Shown here in pieces: positions 60,814-64,000 of a stretch of 64,000 nt of DNA. The translations under genes and the position numbers were made by a program. This DNA is from Octopus vulgaris. Taxonomy: Eukaryota. Location: the NCBI GenBank assembly GCA_951406725.2, contig OX597839.1, forward strand, positions 36,580,001 to 36,644,000, written 5' to 3'. The first letter of the stretch is position 1; each line of letters starts with the position of its first letter. The notes beneath the pieces were generated by a model. That model had not been told where the DNA came from and did no database searches. It was given only the letters and a program-made list of their open reading frames with translations.

Positions 60814-61909
60814 TAGTATGTGTGTGTGTGTGTGCGTATGCATGTATTATTTGTGTATGTATATCTGTGTGTATACATATATGTATGTTTGTATTTATGT
60901 ATGCTCTGTTTTCATTTATTAGAATTTTTCCTGCAAGAAAAAAAGAAAGCTGGTTTTCAACAAAGAACCAAAACTCCATCACTGGAATTTGGATAACAAC
61001 AACAACAACAATATGTTACATGTTTACAAAAGTCTTGCATATTTTTACTGTTCCACTTACAAATCGTATTTGTAAAGTTTGTTAGCCAATCTCTTTCTTG
61101 GCCTTAAAATCCTTGGTTTGTCACTTAGACATATCTTAGCACAACCAAGTGCACCGATCATAACTGGTATGGATGGGAATTTATAATTATGCATGTATGT
61201 TTGCATGTATCTATGCATGCATGTATATAGCATGTATATTTCTCTGTGTGTATGTTCCTTTGTAGATATGTTATATATGTACCTGGGTATGTTTGAATGT
61301 ATCTATTTGTGTATGTCTGTAACCATGTATGTTTGTATATATTTATGTATGTATATTCATATGTATGTATGTCTTGATGTGCACATGTATGTTCATATAT
61401 ATAATTGTATGTTTGCATATTAGCATGTCTATGTATGTGATGTTCGTGTGCATATGTATGCATACATGTATGTATGTAGAGAAAATATTGAGTAGAATTA
61501 TTCTTCATTGTCTCACTCAATACACACAACTATTCCTTCTTCCATGGACCTGGAACCAAACAATGACATATTTTTGTTTCATCATTTCCAAGAAAAAAAA
61601 AGCATTGGGCAGACACTTGACCTCTAACATTGACCTCAATGAATTCTGATGCACTATGGGCAATTCTCAGAAGTTGGTTGCCCTGATAAGTTTATAAAGA
61701 TTAATTAAATCCTTTTATGTTGATATAAGATTATATGTTGGAATGCTTAGACTAGTTTTCAGTTTGTGATGGAATAAAACCAGTTAATATAATTGCTTCT
61801 TCTTTGCCATATATTTCACAATAGCTTTTTTTCATCCCTTTCATAGAAGACTCTTAGAATATTTACATATGCTACCACACAACTGGTAATTTATTCAACC
61901 TCAAACAGC

Positions 61910-62297
61910 TTGATCCTTTAGTTACCATATTTCTATTGAAATATATTGCCTTTGTTTTAATTAATACTTGAAATAATAAAGAATTTAGTAAATTAACTTT
62001 GTCATTATTAATTTGGTCTTGGGACAAAGTTAACATGAAACTTTGATGGAAAGTTTTTAGATCACTTTAACTCTTTTGTTACCATATTTCTGTTGAAAAA
62101 CACAACCTTTGTTACAATTACTTTTGAAAATGATGAGGAATTTAGTGAAGTAACTGTCATTTTTAATTTGGTGTTTGAAACATAAACTAACATGAAATTT
62201 TGATGGAAGCTTTTAATTTTGTTCACTTTAGGACATAAAATTCATATCAGAGAACCATCAGTGCTGTGAGGTAATTTTGTTTTACCAAAAGAGTTAA
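61910..62297. mobile_element. Two diverged tandem P1-like piggyBac MITEs
   Basis: TTAA|CTCTTTTGTTACCATATTTC ... ACCAAAAGAG|TTAA (62067-62297); internal GAATTTAGT motif shared with 15727-15947. Confidence 0.65.
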
Positions 62298-62319
62298 TTC
62301 TAAATCACACTTCTGTTTC

Positions 62320-63200
62320 TTTGATAAGAGGCTTTCTTCTGTTCTCTGTGATGATTCCAGTGTTATTACACAGTGAAAAAGATCTTCAAACTCTTGTGGA
62401 TGAAGTTTCATTGGCCTTTAGCATGTTACAAATCACAATAAATGTTAACAAAACCGTTCTTTATCAGCTCTGCTCTGAGAAGCTTTGTGTGGATCCAAAA
62501 ATAACAGTTATAGTGTGAAAGGTTAAAATGGATATTCCTTTATATGTTGAATGGGGGATGTGAATTTTGCTGATAAAATTAGAAATAAAGTTTTAAAAAA
62601 TCAATGTAACTTTTGGAAAATTACAATCCTTATTATTGTTTCAATATAAAAAAACCCCAAAAAACAAAAATGTAATATATGTTGGCTTTCTGTTGGTGAT
62701 CTGAAGAGACGTGTTTCTGAATTGTTTTCAGTTGTCAGTTGTCTTTATCCTGCATTGCATTTAATTGAGAAGAGACACTGAAGCAATATAGCTGTGGTAA
62801 ATGTTGCAAATGATGAACTGGGTTAAAATGAATTCTTTATAAACTGGAGTTCAAATACAAAAACTGTCTCAACATACGACAGTAAAATATGTATTTTTGT
62901 AACATGCATTTTGTCTTTTGTTGTATGGCTGTGAAATATGGACATTAGATTGAAAACATGTTGAACAGTTGGAGTGATTTCGGCAAAGGTGTGTTTGTCA
63001 AATTTTTGCATACATCTTAGATGAGGTGAGTGATGTTGATGTCTTGGCAAAAGCATATGGTATAAGCATAGAAGTTCTCTTGTGACATAACAGAATGGGA
63101 TGGACATGCCGCAGAGTTTGGATGGAAGATGGAAGGATTCCAAAGCATTTCTTTGTGGAGAACTATGTTCTAGATAAAAAGACTGTTTTATAAACTGAAG
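62320..63200 (+). mobile_element. Highly decayed RTE-group LINE (reverse transcriptase end and C-terminus)
   Basis: Frameshifted remnants in the expected order: DD..HSEKDLQTLVD..TINVNKT; TFGKL; LLYGCEIWT; W.GH...MEDGRIPK...GEL. Confidence 0.75.
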
Positions 63201-63469
63201 TTAAAATACAAACACTGCCTTGAATCTTATTTACAAAAATGCAATATTCATATGGGAAGTTGGAAAAGTATTGCAATTGAGAGGGCATCACGGAGAAAAA
63301 AAAATATTGAATGTATTCATGTATTTTGAAGAGAATTGCATCCAACACACAAATTTTAAATGAGATGTACAGGAAAAAACTATTTCACATGTTCAACTTC
63401 TAACCAAGTTTGTCTCTCAAAGACTGGTCCTTTTAGACTCTCAAAGATACGTGAACCAAAAGAAGCTAA

Positions 63470-63690
63470 TGATGGTTTCAAATTTTGATAGGAAGCCAAA
63501 AATTTTAGGGAAGAGGGCAACTCAATAATACTGATCCCACAGCTCAACTAGTACTTCGTTTTATCAACCCCAAAAGGATAAAAAGCAAAGGTGATCTTGG
63601 TGGGATTTGAACCCAGGATATAAAGAGCCACGAGAAATACTATTAAGCATTGTGTCTGTCATGCTAATAATTCTGCCAGCTCACTGCCTT
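63470..63690 (-). mobile_element. Diverged SINE family B
   Basis: CCCCAAAAGGATAAAAAGCAAAG...GGATTTGAACCCAG...TTCTGCCAGCTCACTGCC. Confidence 0.7.
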
Positions 63691-64000
63691 AAAACAAACT
63701 GATAATAAATCATAACCACATGAGAGTTTATTTGTGGTGGTCATGTTCTAAAATAGTGGTTTGAGGAGATGTGTATCTGTACACAAGACCAATTGCTATG
63801 ATTCTGCATTGCATTTAACTGAGAAGAGACATTTATGTAAGAGTTGTATTAAAAACTGCAAGTAAGCAACGGGGCCAAAAAGTCATATTCACTTTGTGGT
63901 CCTTTAACAAGGGGTGGTCATTATCATTATTGAACTAACTTTCATTGTGTGTGTACATGTGTCTATACTCTTTACTCTTTTACTTGTTCCAGTCATTTGA

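Overview
AT-rich, repeat-saturated animal genomic DNA with no intact protein-coding ORF. Almost all entries in the ORF track are translations of microsatellites or SINEs. The SINE sequences and the dense (TA)n/(CA)n/(GA)n/(TATC)n tracts suggest an octopod cephalopod (Octopus-like); this is inferred from family resemblance, not from a database match. The window holds many copies of at least four SINE-like families, decayed CR1 and RTE LINE fragments, a deleted mariner, and MITEs of piggyBac, Tc1/mariner, hAT and Mutator type. It also holds several minisatellites and a few candidate minus-strand exons or microexons that may belong to a long-intron gene. The most striking signal is a set of minimal type I hammerhead ribozyme (HHR) motifs in three unrelated short repeats. 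One is a tRNA-promoter + (AAT)n + HHR element found twice as a head-to-head inverted dimer (13135-13572, 48758-49363). The other two carry non-canonical cores: GUGAACA, a G3-C8 swap (24232-24280), and CCGACGA (50186-50220). Together they suggest a Penelope-dependent, retrozyme-like system of self-cleaving non-autonomous retroelements. Coordinates were read by eye and may be off by a few bases.
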